DNA of 64,000 nt from Candidatus Bathyarchaeota archaeon (GCA_963733095.1 CAVTBV010000001.1:32001-96000); one strand, 5' to 3'; shown: positions 1 through 10,428, counted from the stretch's first letter. A program made the numbers and translations. Notes: generated by a model from the sequence alone, not told the origin.

Positions 1-390
1 GCCATCAACGAGGGCAGATGGGAAAGCATCAATGGCGTAAGCGAACAAACTTGGCTAAAACTAGCAGAATACATAAGAGAAACCCAATCCTCAAAAATCG
101 ATACAGTCGTTACAACCGACATTCATCGCCTAATTCGAATGAACGGCACCTTACACGGCAAAACAGGACTAAAAAAAGTCGAGTTCCCCGCAAATAAATT
201 GCAGGATTTTGACCCATTCACGGGAGCCGTAGCTTTTAAAAAGGGCACAGCTAAAGTGTTGGTGTTTGATGCGCCAGAGTTTAGGTTGAGTGGGGAAACG
301 TTGGGTCCATACAAGAACCAGACTGTTGAGTTGCCTGTTGCTGCAGCGGTTATGCTAATATGTAAACGAAGAGCGGAGGTGGCAGAGTAA
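1..390 (+). CDS. priS: DNA primase small subunit, 5'-truncated by window edge
   Basis: Frame 1 is open from base 1 and reads ...IDTVVTTDIHRLIRMNGTLHGKTGL, the PriS motif; lies directly upstream of GINS. Confidence 0.9.
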   Translation, partial: AINEGRWESINGVSEQTWLKLAEYIRETQSSKIDTVVTTDIHRLIRMNGTLHGKTGLKKVEFPANKLQDFDPFTGAVAFKKGTAKVLVFDAPEFRLSGETLGPYKNQTVELPVAAAVMLICKRRAEVAE

Positions 391-983
391 TGTACAAAGA
401 ACTCTACGCGGCATGGCAAAGAGAAATCGACGACCCTACCCTTGGAGCGTTACCCTTAGACTTCTACGCCAAAATCGCCGAGTACCTACGGCGCATAAAA
501 AACGAAGACCAGATTCTTGAAAAGAAATCTGTAAAAATGAACTTACTTGAACATGAAGCACAAAACGTTGGGCGGATGCTTGAAGAACTACTTGAGTCAA
601 GGTACAGAAAAATCATCAAAACCATGACCAAAACCCAAAAGTTGCCATCTGAACTACTTACGGCTGAGGAAACCACGATGGGTCAAACCTTCGCCGACTT
701 CACAAGGGCTTATCGCAAGTTTTCTGACGACTTAAAGCAGGGACAACTGACTGTTGAACCGATTAAAGTCAAAGTTAAAATCGAAGCTAACCCTGCTGCC
801 GCGCCCGCACCCCAATCCCATAAACGGACAACCATACGGTTCCTGAAAAATATTCCAGCCATCATGGGTGCCGACCTGAAGTCATATGGCCCGTTTGTGG
901 CAGAGGATGTTGCTTCGTTGCCGCCTCAAAACGCCCAAATTTTGGTTAAACAGGGCTTAGCTGTGCTAATTGAGGTTTCGTAG
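390..983 (+). CDS. GINS complex subunit (Gins51/Gins15 type)
   Basis: N-terminal helical A domain (LPLDFYAKIAEYL) and C-terminal B domain (YGPFVAEDVASLPPQNAQILVKQG); typical priS-gins linkage. Confidence 0.85.
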   Translation: MYKELYAAWQREIDDPTLGALPLDFYAKIAEYLRRIKNEDQILEKKSVKMNLLEHEAQNVGRMLEELLESRYRKIIKTMTKTQKLPSELLTAEETTMGQTFADFTRAYRKFSDDLKQGQLTVEPIKVKVKIEANPAAAPAPQSHKRTTIRFLKNIPAIMGADLKSYGPFVAEDVASLPPQNAQILVKQGLAVLIEVS

Positions 984-2006
984 TTTTCTGTTTTTGATTT
1001 TCCTCCATAAACCTAAGCATCCCATAATAATCAGCGGGTAAGAAATAATCCATGCCATCGCATACAGGGGACCATAATAATAGTGGAATGCTTGTACCTG
1101 TGGAGAGTCAACGCCATACTGGACGCCAATAGTGAAGATAGTTGCAATTCGCAAGACATTGATAAAGTATGTAATTGCAGCGCCGAAAGCGAAGAATCCT
1201 ATTTTGGCTTTCCAAGAAATATTCATTCGCTTCAAAAACAGCAGAGCCACAGCCGTAAATATAAGCAGGCTCTCTATACCTGCACAAGGCCACGCTACCG
1301 CAAACTTGGCCGTCCCCAAAGCGCCAGTAACTTGCAAGGTCGGCATCCCTGTTCCGATTTCGATTCCCTGTACAACGCCGTATCCCATCAACCCCAAAAC
1401 GCCAGCCGCAAGAGAAGCCGTTGTGGGAACAAGAATCTGGAAGGGCGTGAATTGTCCATATGGAAAGAAGTTGTCGATGGTATAGATAACTCCGACTAAT
1501 GCTACAAAGAGGGCGGGCAAAGCAAAACCCGTCAAACCTTTCTTCCCAAACGAGAGATAAACTGTCACACAAAAGACAAGCGAAAAAACGAGGTACTCGA
1601 GTGCAAGCGGCATAGAATCAGCGAAGGCAACGCCGCTTTGTGTTGCCCAGCTTGCAATGGCACCGTTTAGCCCCAAATAATACTCGAACACAACGTATAT
1701 GGTGGGAAACAGCAAAACAACGCCAAACGCGACAACGCCAGACTTATTTTGCTTATTTATCTTTAGCTTGATAGTTTCCCAACTTAAAATAAACTCCAAA
1801 GCTACCAGCCAAACGAAGAATAACTGGAACGTTCGGCCCTTCCACATCAACTGAAAAGAATCCTGAGCAGAAACCTTCAGGAACGAATCCATCGGATTTA
1901 GAAGAAACAGTAGAACTAATGGAGCCGTGAAGGCGATGAGCGGCAGAATTTTTATGAGACTGTCTGTAGGGACTTTACTTTTTACCGAAGTTGAGTCGTT
2001 ATTCAT
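966..2006 (-). CDS. Exosortase/archaeosortase family membrane transpeptidase
   Basis: Multi-TM protein with VAWPCAGIESLL (catalytic Cys), NVLRI (Arg) and a later His; start placed at ATG 2006. Confidence 0.8.
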   Translation of the reverse strand: MNNDSTSVKSKVPTDSLIKILPLIAFTAPLVLLFLLNPMDSFLKVSAQDSFQLMWKGRTFQLFFVWLVALEFILSWETIKLKINKQNKSGVVAFGVVLLFPTIYVVFEYYLGLNGAIASWATQSGVAFADSMPLALEYLVFSLVFCVTVYLSFGKKGLTGFALPALFVALVGVIYTIDNFFPYGQFTPFQILVPTTASLAAGVLGLMGYGVVQGIEIGTGMPTLQVTGALGTAKFAVAWPCAGIESLLIFTAVALLFLKRMNISWKAKIGFFAFGAAITYFINVLRIATIFTIGVQYGVDSPQVQAFHYYYGPLYAMAWIISYPLIIMGCLGLWRKIKNRKLRNLN

Positions 2007-2116
2007 GCCACGCACTACCTTATCGAAGTAGTCTCGATTTAAAAAGAATGTCCTATCCACATCAATTAATCGATTCTTTGGTTGAGAGCAAAAATAAAGA
2101 AAAAAGTAGGAACTGC

Positions 2117-2473
2117 TTAGCTATACTCTCTAAATGTGTAATTGCATTTAGTGCAGCGCATAAACTGGGTGGAAGACTCATCTGCTCCGCGAGTTTGAAC
2201 TTGCCAAACATAAGCCGTATTGTTCCCACACCTTGGACACTCAATACGAGCAGTCGGCAACGTGTTCAACTTCTGCTCCTCTTTACCAATCACAGCTACA
2301 AACTGCTGAGGAGAATGCTGAATAACTTTGGGTGACAATTTAGGCTCAACTTTTTTGTCTGCTTCGGGTTTTTTGTAGCCGCATTTGGGGCAGGCAAGAA
2401 CCAAAGTTGCTTCTTTTCCACTCTTAGATTTCTTTGGTTCAAGACGTGAACCGCATTTTGGGCAGAATTCCAT
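2117..2473 (-). CDS. tfs: Transcription factor S (TFS/RpoM family)
   Basis: MEFCPKCG...CPKC N-terminal Zn ribbon; C-terminal CPRC...QTRGADE...CTKC. Confidence 0.92.
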   Translation of the reverse strand: MEFCPKCGSRLEPKKSKSGKEATLVLACPKCGYKKPEADKKVEPKLSPKVIQHSPQQFVAVIGKEEQKLNTLPTARIECPRCGNNTAYVWQVQTRGADESSTQFMRCTKCNYTFREYS

Positions 2474-2546
2474 ATACCTCAATCCACATCCGTTTTGGGA
2501 TTCCCTTAGCTTTGTACCTTTTAAACTTTTTCTAATTCGCCCAACG

Positions 2547-3146
2547 TCAGTCGGTGACGCCGGAAGCGATAAGATGCGCCACACGCAGCGGTTCGGGCAA
2601 ACTTGACCTTGTTGAAGTTAACTTTATTATGTCTTTTGCGTCGTTAAGTGAAAGTCCAGCGAGCTCCACGTAGACTTTAGCGTCTTTGTTGGTTATCTCA
2701 TGGATTTCGCCCGCTTCAAGAACAATACGCCATCGCTCTTCACTCTGAGGCAAATTCTTGAGTGCTGAACAAACCGCATCCAAATCTGGCTTATCATGCG
2801 TCAAAGCAATAACAGGCAGCCCAGTTGCCGAACTCAATTTTTTAATGTCAACCACGTTAAAGCCTGCATATGTTATTCCGTTCAACATAATTAACCGCAA
2901 CTGTCCACGGTGGGGGGAAGCGTTAATCATTGAGGCAAACTGCTCATTGGCATCTAAACCGTCAATTGCAATTGTTGTATGCATAATGCCGTCAACGGAG
3001 TAGCCACCGCGAAAAACGACACCTACGACAATCACGCTGCCCTTGGTATGTGGAATAAATTTTCCATCATCTATTCCGAGCACTCGAATTTCCGGTTTTA
3101 TAACTCGAAATTCTTTTCGGCGACTCAAAGCGTCTCCCTTAAACAC
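2547..3146 (-). CDS. DUF99 family (endonuclease V-like) protein
   Basis: RVLGIDDG, GITYAGFNVVD and PEPLRVAHLIA motifs. Confidence 0.85.
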   Translation of the reverse strand: MFKGDALSRRKEFRVIKPEIRVLGIDDGKFIPHTKGSVIVVGVVFRGGYSVDGIMHTTIAIDGLDANEQFASMINASPHRGQLRLIMLNGITYAGFNVVDIKKLSSATGLPVIALTHDKPDLDAVCSALKNLPQSEERWRIVLEAGEIHEITNKDAKVYVELAGLSLNDAKDIIKLTSTRSSLPEPLRVAHLIASGVTD

Positions 3147-3251
3147 AGGATAGTAAGGAGACTTTTAATTTAAAACCAACTATCAAGAAACGTCAAGGAA
3201 ATCAGGCATTAAGCAGAATAAAATAAAAAGAAATAAAAAAAGCTAGTTTGA

Positions 3252-3533
3252 TTAAGCTTTGAGGACGCGTTCAAGCTCTTTGCTGAATGCATCGTTTGAT
3301 TCTCGAACTTTTTGTGTAGCCTCAATCAATGCGTCTTCGGGTTTGTTGTCGCCTTTCATTCTAATGTAGATGATGGGGCTTGAAGCTAATGGATGTGGTA
3401 TGTCGTAGCCGGCGAACTCTACTTTTTTGTCGTCTAGGAGTCGCTTGGCTATTAAGTTGCAGAGACCGTGGCTTGAGCCTACGATTTCGATCTTGAGTTC
3501 GTTTTCGGATTTTTTTAACACTTTAACGTTCAT
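3252..3533 (-). CDS. rpoL: RNA polymerase subunit Rpo11 (L)
   Basis: HGLCNLI...FAGYDIPHPL motif; adjacent to csl4. Confidence 0.9.
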   Translation of the reverse strand: MNVKVLKKSENELKIEIVGSSHGLCNLIAKRLLDDKKVEFAGYDIPHPLASSPIIYIRMKGDNKPEDALIEATQKVRESNDAFSKELERVLKA

Positions 3534-3549
3534 TATGTTTTTCGCCTTG

Positions 3550-4131
3550 TTAAACTTGTTCTTTGCCGTAATCTGGAGCTATTTTACGTGTTTCGACGTT
3601 GCCGTCCTTTGGGCATTTGAGGTCGTACCCGTTCTGCTCAAGCAGGGTGCCGCATCGTGAACAGAACCCGTACAAGACACCCAAGCCCTTATCGTTCATC
3701 GATAAGTGATAGACTTGGTTTTTGTCGCTTATGACTTTAGCTCGTATGATGTCGCCTGGCTTACATACATCGCTTATTTGGTCAACGTACCTGTCAGAAA
3801 CATCCGAAACATGCAAAATACCTCCAAAGTTCCCTGAGAGCTTCTTGTTTCCAATCCTGAATATTTTTACTAAGACATTGTCAGATTGTGCGTTACCGAC
3901 TTGTCCGACGACAACTGTCGAAACCTTTGGCACAACTACGCGCTCAACAACTGGATAAACAGAGACACGCCTGGTTTGCAAGTCTACTAGTGAACGACCA
4001 ACAACCTTTGAGAAGATAACACCGTCTTTAACGTATGTTCCAGCGTCAGGAACGAATTCTTCAATAACGCCCAGGCGTTCGCCAGGCAATACTAAATGAC
4101 CGCTTTTTTGTTCTGGAGATTTTAAGCTCAT
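3550..4131 (-). CDS. csl4: Exosome complex RNA-binding protein Csl4
   Basis: VLPGERLGVIEEF N-terminus, S1 domain, C-terminal Zn ribbon with ETRK; start placed at ATG 4131. Confidence 0.9.
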   Translation of the reverse strand: MSLKSPEQKSGHLVLPGERLGVIEEFVPDAGTYVKDGVIFSKVVGRSLVDLQTRRVSVYPVVERVVVPKVSTVVVGQVGNAQSDNVLVKIFRIGNKKLSGNFGGILHVSDVSDRYVDQISDVCKPGDIIRAKVISDKNQVYHLSMNDKGLGVLYGFCSRCGTLLEQNGYDLKCPKDGNVETRKIAPDYGKEQV

Positions 4132-4261
4132 GATGGTTCCCTTTACTTGTAAATAAGCTTGATTTTGATAAATGCATATGCTTAGTTTCGATTCTGCGCA
4201 ATAAACCTTTTGATTAATAAACAAAAAACAGTTTTTTTCAGGCCAATAAGAAATAGGATGG

Positions 4262-4951
4262 CTACTTTTTAATGATGTACAAGTCAACGACGAAGTCATA
4301 TCGTGCCTTTCTGTGGAAATCAAACATACGTGGGATAGTCATGAGCATAGCGTAGACGCCGGTGACTGTGCCACCTTGTTTTGCCACGAACCTTTCCAAA
4401 AAAGGAGAAGCAGGAACCTGCAAAAATCCTTGGCTGGCTTTTAGCTGCTTTATCAATCGAGTGTCTACCTCGGGGTGGTTGTGAAGTGAGTAAACGGAAT
4501 CTGCGAATTCAAGGGCTTTTTCTAAGAATACCCTATCAGCCTCGCGTCTTTGCACTCCAAAAGGGGGATTCTGCAGAACAGTATCGAAGCATCCATTGAC
4601 TGCGTTTATGTCGCCAAGAACCCATTGCACATCACCCAAGCCAGCTCTCTTAGAGTTTGCGGATGCAGTTTGAACGGCTAATCTATCGATGTCAACACCC
4701 ACAACCTCCTCGGCTTCAAGGTACAAAGCACCTAAAGCAAGCCTACCTGTTCCGCACGCTAAATCCAAAACAGACTTCCCCACGATATCATCGTTTGCGT
4801 AGGCGGCGATATACAACATGTTTGCAGCTATCTGGACCGAGAGCGTGTACTGTTCCAAATGAACTTTCGGGTTAGGCTGCACGGTAACTGTTGAGAGGAA
4901 CCGTTCCAAGTCTAGTTTTCGAATAAGCCTTTTTTGAGCATTTTCTCCCAT
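4262..4951 (-). CDS. METTL5-family RNA N6-adenine methyltransferase
   Basis: LEQY, VLDLACGTG and NPPFG motifs; start uncertain because it overlaps the dph2 3' end. Confidence 0.85.
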   Translation of the reverse strand: MGENAQKRLIRKLDLERFLSTVTVQPNPKVHLEQYTLSVQIAANMLYIAAYANDDIVGKSVLDLACGTGRLALGALYLEAEEVVGVDIDRLAVQTASANSKRAGLGDVQWVLGDINAVNGCFDTVLQNPPFGVQRREADRVFLEKALEFADSVYSLHNHPEVDTRLIKQLKASQGFLQVPASPFLERFVAKQGGTVTGVYAMLMTIPRMFDFHRKARYDFVVDLYIIKK

Positions 4952-5913
4952 GAAACCTCGCCGCAAACCACCATAAACTCGTTAGCCGTCAAAACAGGTT
5001 TCCCGAACTTTCCTGTGGCTTCAAGTGAAACCCGTGGGCAAGCCGTGTTAACATAGGCGTCTATGGAGGGGAATTCTAAAAGGGTCTCGGGGTTAATTTC
5101 CCTTGCCGCCAACAAATATGCGGTTTTGCCTTTTTTCTCCGCCAACTCCTTTAGCTGCAATGCGTTATCGAGATGTTTTTGTCCTAGTTTTAAACCTACA
5201 AAAATTCCGAATTTCTTTGCTTCTTTGGCTTCTTGGATGCTTGCAAAGCGCTGTTTGAGAACCTTTTGAGCCTCGGCACTGATTGGGTAAGCCCTGTTGT
5301 CGTAGGGGTCTGCGATTATTGTCAACTTGGAAGTGCTCAGGGCGATGCCGAGTGCGTGGAACATGCCGCCGCCGACAAAAAGGAAAACCTCAACTTCGTC
5401 GGCTATTGATTTGGCGTTGCTGTAGTTGCAGCCGCTAACTTGTCCTGGGTAGCCCATTTGTCCACTGTCTCCGATGATGACGATTTTTCCTGCGCGAGTC
5501 AGAATTTCTCTTGCTTGATTCAACAGTTGCAGGTGCTGAATGGATGTTGCTAAACCAACCCTATTGTAGTCTTTCAATAGTTCGAGCGATTGTTCAGCTA
5601 CCGTGTCGATTGTAATTGTGGCCCTTGTTTCCACATAAATCGTTGGAATCGGCTCATGCTTAACCATCTTGGCATGTCCAAAATGAACGATTAAATCCAC
5701 CCCCAAACTCTCCGCTTCACTAACCGCAATGTCGCAGGCCCCGTAGCAGGGGTCAGCAGAAATAATTGCGAGCGCCCCACATTTCTCGACGAATTTTGCA
5801 AGCTTGGGACCTACAGGTTTTAATCCTTCAGGCATCTGAAGCAGAACACGTTTGGCACCTAATTTGGTGATTTCTTGTCTAATTCTTTCCTCTTCAAAAT
5901 CAAAACCTAACAT
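4912..5913 (-). CDS. dph2: Diphthamide biosynthesis enzyme Dph2
   Basis: LQMPEGLK, CYGACD, HFGH, GQVSGC and TACPR motifs. Confidence 0.93.
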   Translation of the reverse strand: MLGFDFEEERIRQEITKLGAKRVLLQMPEGLKPVGPKLAKFVEKCGALAIISADPCYGACDIAVSEAESLGVDLIVHFGHAKMVKHEPIPTIYVETRATITIDTVAEQSLELLKDYNRVGLATSIQHLQLLNQAREILTRAGKIVIIGDSGQMGYPGQVSGCNYSNAKSIADEVEVFLFVGGGMFHALGIALSTSKLTIIADPYDNRAYPISAEAQKVLKQRFASIQEAKEAKKFGIFVGLKLGQKHLDNALQLKELAEKKGKTAYLLAAREINPETLLEFPSIDAYVNTACPRVSLEATGKFGKPVLTANEFMVVCGEVSWEKMLKKGLFEN

Positions 5914-5988
5914 ACTTTGCCTTCACTTTTTTTATAAAAGAAAATAAAATGAGAAAAGAATAGTTCAGTGGTTGCATGGACTTATGGC

Positions 5989-8418
5989 TTATAGTTGCCA
6001 TTCCCAGTCTTGCGTTGGCTTCTTTAGGGGTTGCCCGCGTGATAGTGCCGCTTGTTCGGCGAGGCGTTCAAGGATTATTTTTTGTTCTACGCTGGCAACG
6101 TGTTTTCGGGTTGCGACTACGGCGTCGTTGTTGACGGATATGCTATCGATTCCAGCGCGGACGAGGAATTCTGCGAAGTCAGGCAAGTTTGACGGGCCTT
6201 CGCCGCAGATAGATACTGTGCAACCGTTTTCGTGTGCGGCTTTAATGAGGTGCGCAATAATGCGTTTTACTGCTGGGTCACGTTCGTCAAAGTATCCCAT
6301 TTGTCCTAAGCGTTCTGAGTCGCGGTCAATCATCAAAACTCCCTGGGTCATGTCGTTTGAGCCGATGCTGAAGCCGTCGACGAGTTTGCTGAATTCGTCA
6401 GCCATAATTCCGATAGCTGGAGTTTCAGCCATGAACCATACTTTGAAGTCCTTGTTGCGCTCTAACCCTTCTTCTTTCATGATTTGGAGAACCGCTTTTG
6501 CTTCCCAGAGAGTGCGGACCATGGGTAACATAACGTAGACGTTTTTGAGCGCCCATTCCTTGCGGCATTTTACGATTGCTTGACATTCAAGCCGGAAGGC
6601 TTTGTCGTACCATTTGCTTATGTAGCGGCTGCATCCTCTCCAACCCAACATGGGGTTTTCTTCGACGATTTCGTATTTTTCTCCGCCTTTTAAGCCTCGG
6701 TACTCGTTGGTTTTGAAGTCGCTTAAGCGTACTACGACTGGTTTTGGCTGAATTGCGCGGGCGACGGTTGCTATGCCGTCGGCGAGTTTGTCGACGAATT
6801 GTTGGCTTTGGCCTGCATCGACAAATGCCATGGGGTGTGTTCCGATGGCGCTGGCTAAGATGAATTCTGTACGCATCAAGCCTATGCCTTCGAAGGGTAA
6901 GTTCTTGTATTGTTCAATCATCTCGGGGGTTCCGAGGTTCATGTAAATCTTTGTGGCTGTCACTGGAGCTGCTTCTGCAACCTGAGCATATTCTCCGCCG
7001 TTGTTTGATGCGGGTGTCTGCACTGCCTGAGCAATTATGCCTTCGTAGATAACTCCGTTTCTTGAATCTACCGTATATTCTTTGCCGGTCTTCATTATTT
7101 GCGTTGCGTTCTCTGTGCCTACAACGCATGGAATGTTGAGTTCTCGGCTTACGATGGCTGCGTGTGAGGTGATTCCACCTTTATCAGTTACGATGGCGCT
7201 TGCCATTTTCATGAAAGGAACAAAGTCAGGGTCAGTCATACCTGTGACGAGGATAGCTCCTTTTTTCATATTTTTGTTTGCGTCATCAGGGTTTAGCACA
7301 ACTGTTGCTTTGCCTATGCCGTAGCCTCTTCGCCCAGCAGAGATTCCTCTTACTACGACTTTTAGTTGTTCTTGGGCTTTTGTATCTTCCATTTTAGGTG
7401 CTTCCATATCTTTTGTACCAAAAACTGTTTCTGGTCTGGCTTGAACGATAAACATGTTCTGTGGATATGAAAGGTCTTGGTCGATTGCCCATTCAATATC
7501 CATAGGTTTGCCGTAATGCTTCTCGATTCGTTTTGCAAGTTCAGCAAGCGTCAAAAGTTCACGGTCGTCTATACAGGTTACTTTCTGCTTTTCCGCTGGC
7601 ACTTCTAAATGCACTGTTTTACCTGTCTTAGGGTCACGGATATACTCTATCGTCTTGCGAGCAATCCTTCGCTCCTTAATTGTGGTTGAAGCTTTGTCAA
7701 TAACAAAGTCGTCAGGGTTAACAACGCCTGAAACAACAGTTTCCCCTAACCCATAATTGCCTTCGATGACAATCTCATCACGATTTCCCGTCACGGGATT
7801 TATAGTGAACATAACTCCGGCGCATCCAGAGTTAACCATTTTTTGGACGCCGACGCTTATGAAAACTTTATCGTGTGGGAAGCCCTTTTCGTTGCGATAA
7901 AAGATTGCGCGTGGCGTAAAGAGGCTTGACCAGCATTTCCTCACTTTATCAATGAGGTCGTCTGCTCCTTTCACGTTTAGGTAAGTTTCCTGTTGACCCG
8001 CAAACGATGCATCAGGCAAATCTTCGGCTGTAGCGCTTGACCGCACTGCAACAAAGGTGTCTTTCAGTTCAAGGCGTTTGTTTAGGTCCCTGTAAGCGGT
8101 CCTTATGGCGGTTTCTATGTCCTTTGGCATATCAGTTTTTTCGATGAGTTCACGAATTTTCTTTGACGCAGTATCATATTGTTTGGGGTCGTTTGGGTTT
8201 GTGACAGTTTCCGCAATAATCTTGTAAATCTGATCGGCAATTTTCTTCTCTTGAATATAACGTTCATACGAAAAAGCAGTTACTGCAAAACCGGGAGGAA
8301 CAGGTAGCCCCGAACTAATCATTTCACCGAGACTGGCGTTTTTACCGCCTACAATAGAAACGTCATCATTTCTTACATCTTCAAACCATAAAACGAGCTC
8401 TTTCTCTTTTACGGTCAA
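5989..8418 (-). CDS. ppsA: Phosphoenolpyruvate synthase
   Basis: VGGKNASLGEM, VAVRSSATAEDLPDASFAGQQ, GGITSHAAIVSRE, EENPMLGWRG, FSIGSND. Confidence 0.95.
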   Translation of the reverse strand: MTVKEKELVLWFEDVRNDDVSIVGGKNASLGEMISSGLPVPPGFAVTAFSYERYIQEKKIADQIYKIIAETVTNPNDPKQYDTASKKIRELIEKTDMPKDIETAIRTAYRDLNKRLELKDTFVAVRSSATAEDLPDASFAGQQETYLNVKGADDLIDKVRKCWSSLFTPRAIFYRNEKGFPHDKVFISVGVQKMVNSGCAGVMFTINPVTGNRDEIVIEGNYGLGETVVSGVVNPDDFVIDKASTTIKERRIARKTIEYIRDPKTGKTVHLEVPAEKQKVTCIDDRELLTLAELAKRIEKHYGKPMDIEWAIDQDLSYPQNMFIVQARPETVFGTKDMEAPKMEDTKAQEQLKVVVRGISAGRRGYGIGKATVVLNPDDANKNMKKGAILVTGMTDPDFVPFMKMASAIVTDKGGITSHAAIVSRELNIPCVVGTENATQIMKTGKEYTVDSRNGVIYEGIIAQAVQTPASNNGGEYAQVAEAAPVTATKIYMNLGTPEMIEQYKNLPFEGIGLMRTEFILASAIGTHPMAFVDAGQSQQFVDKLADGIATVARAIQPKPVVVRLSDFKTNEYRGLKGGEKYEIVEENPMLGWRGCSRYISKWYDKAFRLECQAIVKCRKEWALKNVYVMLPMVRTLWEAKAVLQIMKEEGLERNKDFKVWFMAETPAIGIMADEFSKLVDGFSIGSNDMTQGVLMIDRDSERLGQMGYFDERDPAVKRIIAHLIKAAHENGCTVSICGEGPSNLPDFAEFLVRAGIDSISVNNDAVVATRKHVASVEQKIILERLAEQAALSRGQPLKKPTQDWEWQL

Positions 8419-8963
8419 ATAATCTCCGTCTCCGCTTCGGGTTCCGCCGTTTCGGCAATCATTGGAGCAACTTTGATTTTTGAGATAACTATCTTGCAGG
8501 GTATTGGAAGTTTTGCGCTGCCTCTTTTAAGCGATTCTTTGGCTATTGCCTCTTGACCTGCTTTGACTTTGACGGTTATAAGCGGTTGTCCTACCTCAAC
8601 TTTTGCGGCAGTGCCGATTGCGGTCCCAAAGGAACGTCTCATTCCTTGCTGAAGACGGTCAGCGTGAGCACCAAAGATCATTTTGTTTTCCCTCAAGATA
8701 ATATGAGGGTATGGATGAACAACCATAAGATAATCGTTAATGAGCTTATCCATCAAGATACGGTTTGTAGCTACACGTGCTGCTTCTAAAGCACTGTGGC
8801 GGATTTGAGCCCGTTCTTGTCCGATGAGTTGACCTTGGATTTCGAAAGTTCCCTTTGTGTCACCCATAGTGAATTTTACTATTTTTGGTGGTGGAAAACC
8901 TCTAGCGTATTTCTTTCTAGTGTATGGTCTATTTTTTACGTGCCTGTAGTTTCGAGCTTGCAT
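8415..8963 (-). CDS. rpl10e: 50S ribosomal protein L10e (uL16)
   Basis: QIRHSALEAARV, YPHIILRENKM, GAHADRLQQGMRRSFG. Confidence 0.95.
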   Translation of the reverse strand: MQARNYRHVKNRPYTRKKYARGFPPPKIVKFTMGDTKGTFEIQGQLIGQERAQIRHSALEAARVATNRILMDKLINDYLMVVHPYPHIILRENKMIFGAHADRLQQGMRRSFGTAIGTAAKVEVGQPLITVKVKAGQEAIAKESLKRGSAKLPIPCKIVISKIKVAPMIAETAEPEAETEII

Positions 8964-9129
8964 GCAGCATCCCTTTTTAACCTACATATTTTAGCGATAT
9001 TTAAACGATGTGTAAATCTGAGGTGATACGTCCGTGCATTTTCCATCTTAGGGGGATTTACTTAAAACCCATTATTCAAGTTGTTGCGGTCATCTACTTA
9101 TATAGTTAGTTTACTCTTGATTTCCAGAA

Positions 9130-10428
9130 ATGCCAACTAAACTGTTTATCTCGGGGAAAAACTGGATGCTCTCACTAGCTGAGCTTATGGCTTATTTTAA
9201 CACAAGAGAAATCGGATTTGAGGTCCAATTTTTTTCCGGAGAATTCTTTGCTCTATCCTTTGAAAAAGACTTCGACGCCTCTGCAGTCTCTGACTTAGGC
9301 GGAACAATAAAAATTGCAGAAGTAAAAACCAAGTTTCCCACTGAAACTGTCAAAGAAGCCTTCTTGAAAAAAAACAAGCAAGCCAAATCCCAAATAATCG
9401 AGTCTTTGGCGTCAAGCGGTTTAGTCGATGAGATGACTAAATCTGAAGAGAAAATGATGTTTGGTGTTAGTGTATACTGTACTGAAAGCACCCTGCGCTC
9501 TTCATCTGGGGGTATTCAACGGTTTGTCGGAAGCGCCGTTAAAGACGAATTGGCAGTTTTAGGCCAAAAATCAAGTTTCATGGGTTTCGGCAATGATAGA
9601 AAACTTGCCCAGCTAAGCCACGTTGAAGTGTTAAAGAAGAATTTAGTTGAAAACAGAGCCGAAGTATTATTTTGTATCGGCAGAAAAGAAACATGGGTAG
9701 CCGTCACAGTTGCTGTGCATAATCCGTTTGAATTCCAAAAAAGAGACATCTACAAACCTAATCAACGAAAAATCTTCGGGATGCCACCACGTTTAGCCAG
9801 AATGATGGTTAACTTGTCAGCCTGCACCCCAAAAAAAACCTTGCTGGACCCGTTCTGCGGTGTAGGCACAATTCTTCAGGAAGCACTTCTGGGGAAGGCA
9901 ACGGTTGTGGGCATAGATGTTAACCCGTGGTGTGTCAAAGCTGCAACCGAGAACCTCGAATGGCTAGTTCAAGAATATGGGCTTGAGAATTCGGATTTTC
10001 GAGTTCTCCAAGGAGACGTGGGCAGGTTGGTTGAGAAGATAGGGCAGGAAATGGTGGACTGTATTGTTTGTGAGCCCGATTTGGGTCCAGCCCTGCGTCA
10101 AGTGCCCACGGGTCCGTATGCTGAAAAGATTATTCAAAAGTTGAAGCCGCTGTTCTTTGGCTTTGCAGAGCAAGCTTATATAGCACTAAAGCCAGGGGGG
10201 CGTTTGGTGCTGGTTACGCCCTACATTAAGACGCGTTCTGGACAAGCGGTAACGATGCCCATCAGCAAAAAACTTGACAGTTTAGGATTCAAAAAGATTT
10301 ATGCATTCTCAAAAAACATGTTCGCCCAGACCGCAGGTGGGCTTGAACGTTTGATTAACACTTCCTCCTTAATTGAAATGGATGAACACCACATGATTGG
10401 CCGAGAAATCCATATCGCAGAAAAATAG
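9130..10428 (+). CDS. Trm11/TrmG10-like tRNA methyltransferase
   Basis: MPPRLARMMVNL and LLDPFCGVGT SAM-binding motifs. Confidence 0.7.
   Translation: MPTKLFISGKNWMLSLAELMAYFNTREIGFEVQFFSGEFFALSFEKDFDASAVSDLGGTIKIAEVKTKFPTETVKEAFLKKNKQAKSQIIESLASSGLVDEMTKSEEKMMFGVSVYCTESTLRSSSGGIQRFVGSAVKDELAVLGQKSSFMGFGNDRKLAQLSHVEVLKKNLVENRAEVLFCIGRKETWVAVTVAVHNPFEFQKRDIYKPNQRKIFGMPPRLARMMVNLSACTPKKTLLDPFCGVGTILQEALLGKATVVGIDVNPWCVKAATENLEWLVQEYGLENSDFRVLQGDVGRLVEKIGQEMVDCIVCEPDLGPALRQVPTGPYAEKIIQKLKPLFFGFAEQAYIALKPGGRLVLVTPYIKTRSGQAVTMPISKKLDSLGFKKIYAFSKNMFAQTAGGLERLINTSSLIEMDEHHMIGREIHIAEK

Noticed and set aside
5972-6538. Long antisense or alternate-frame ORFs (e.g. 5972-6538, 20219-20899, 32468-33022, 55327-55848)
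   Set aside because: They overlap well-supported genes and carry no motifs
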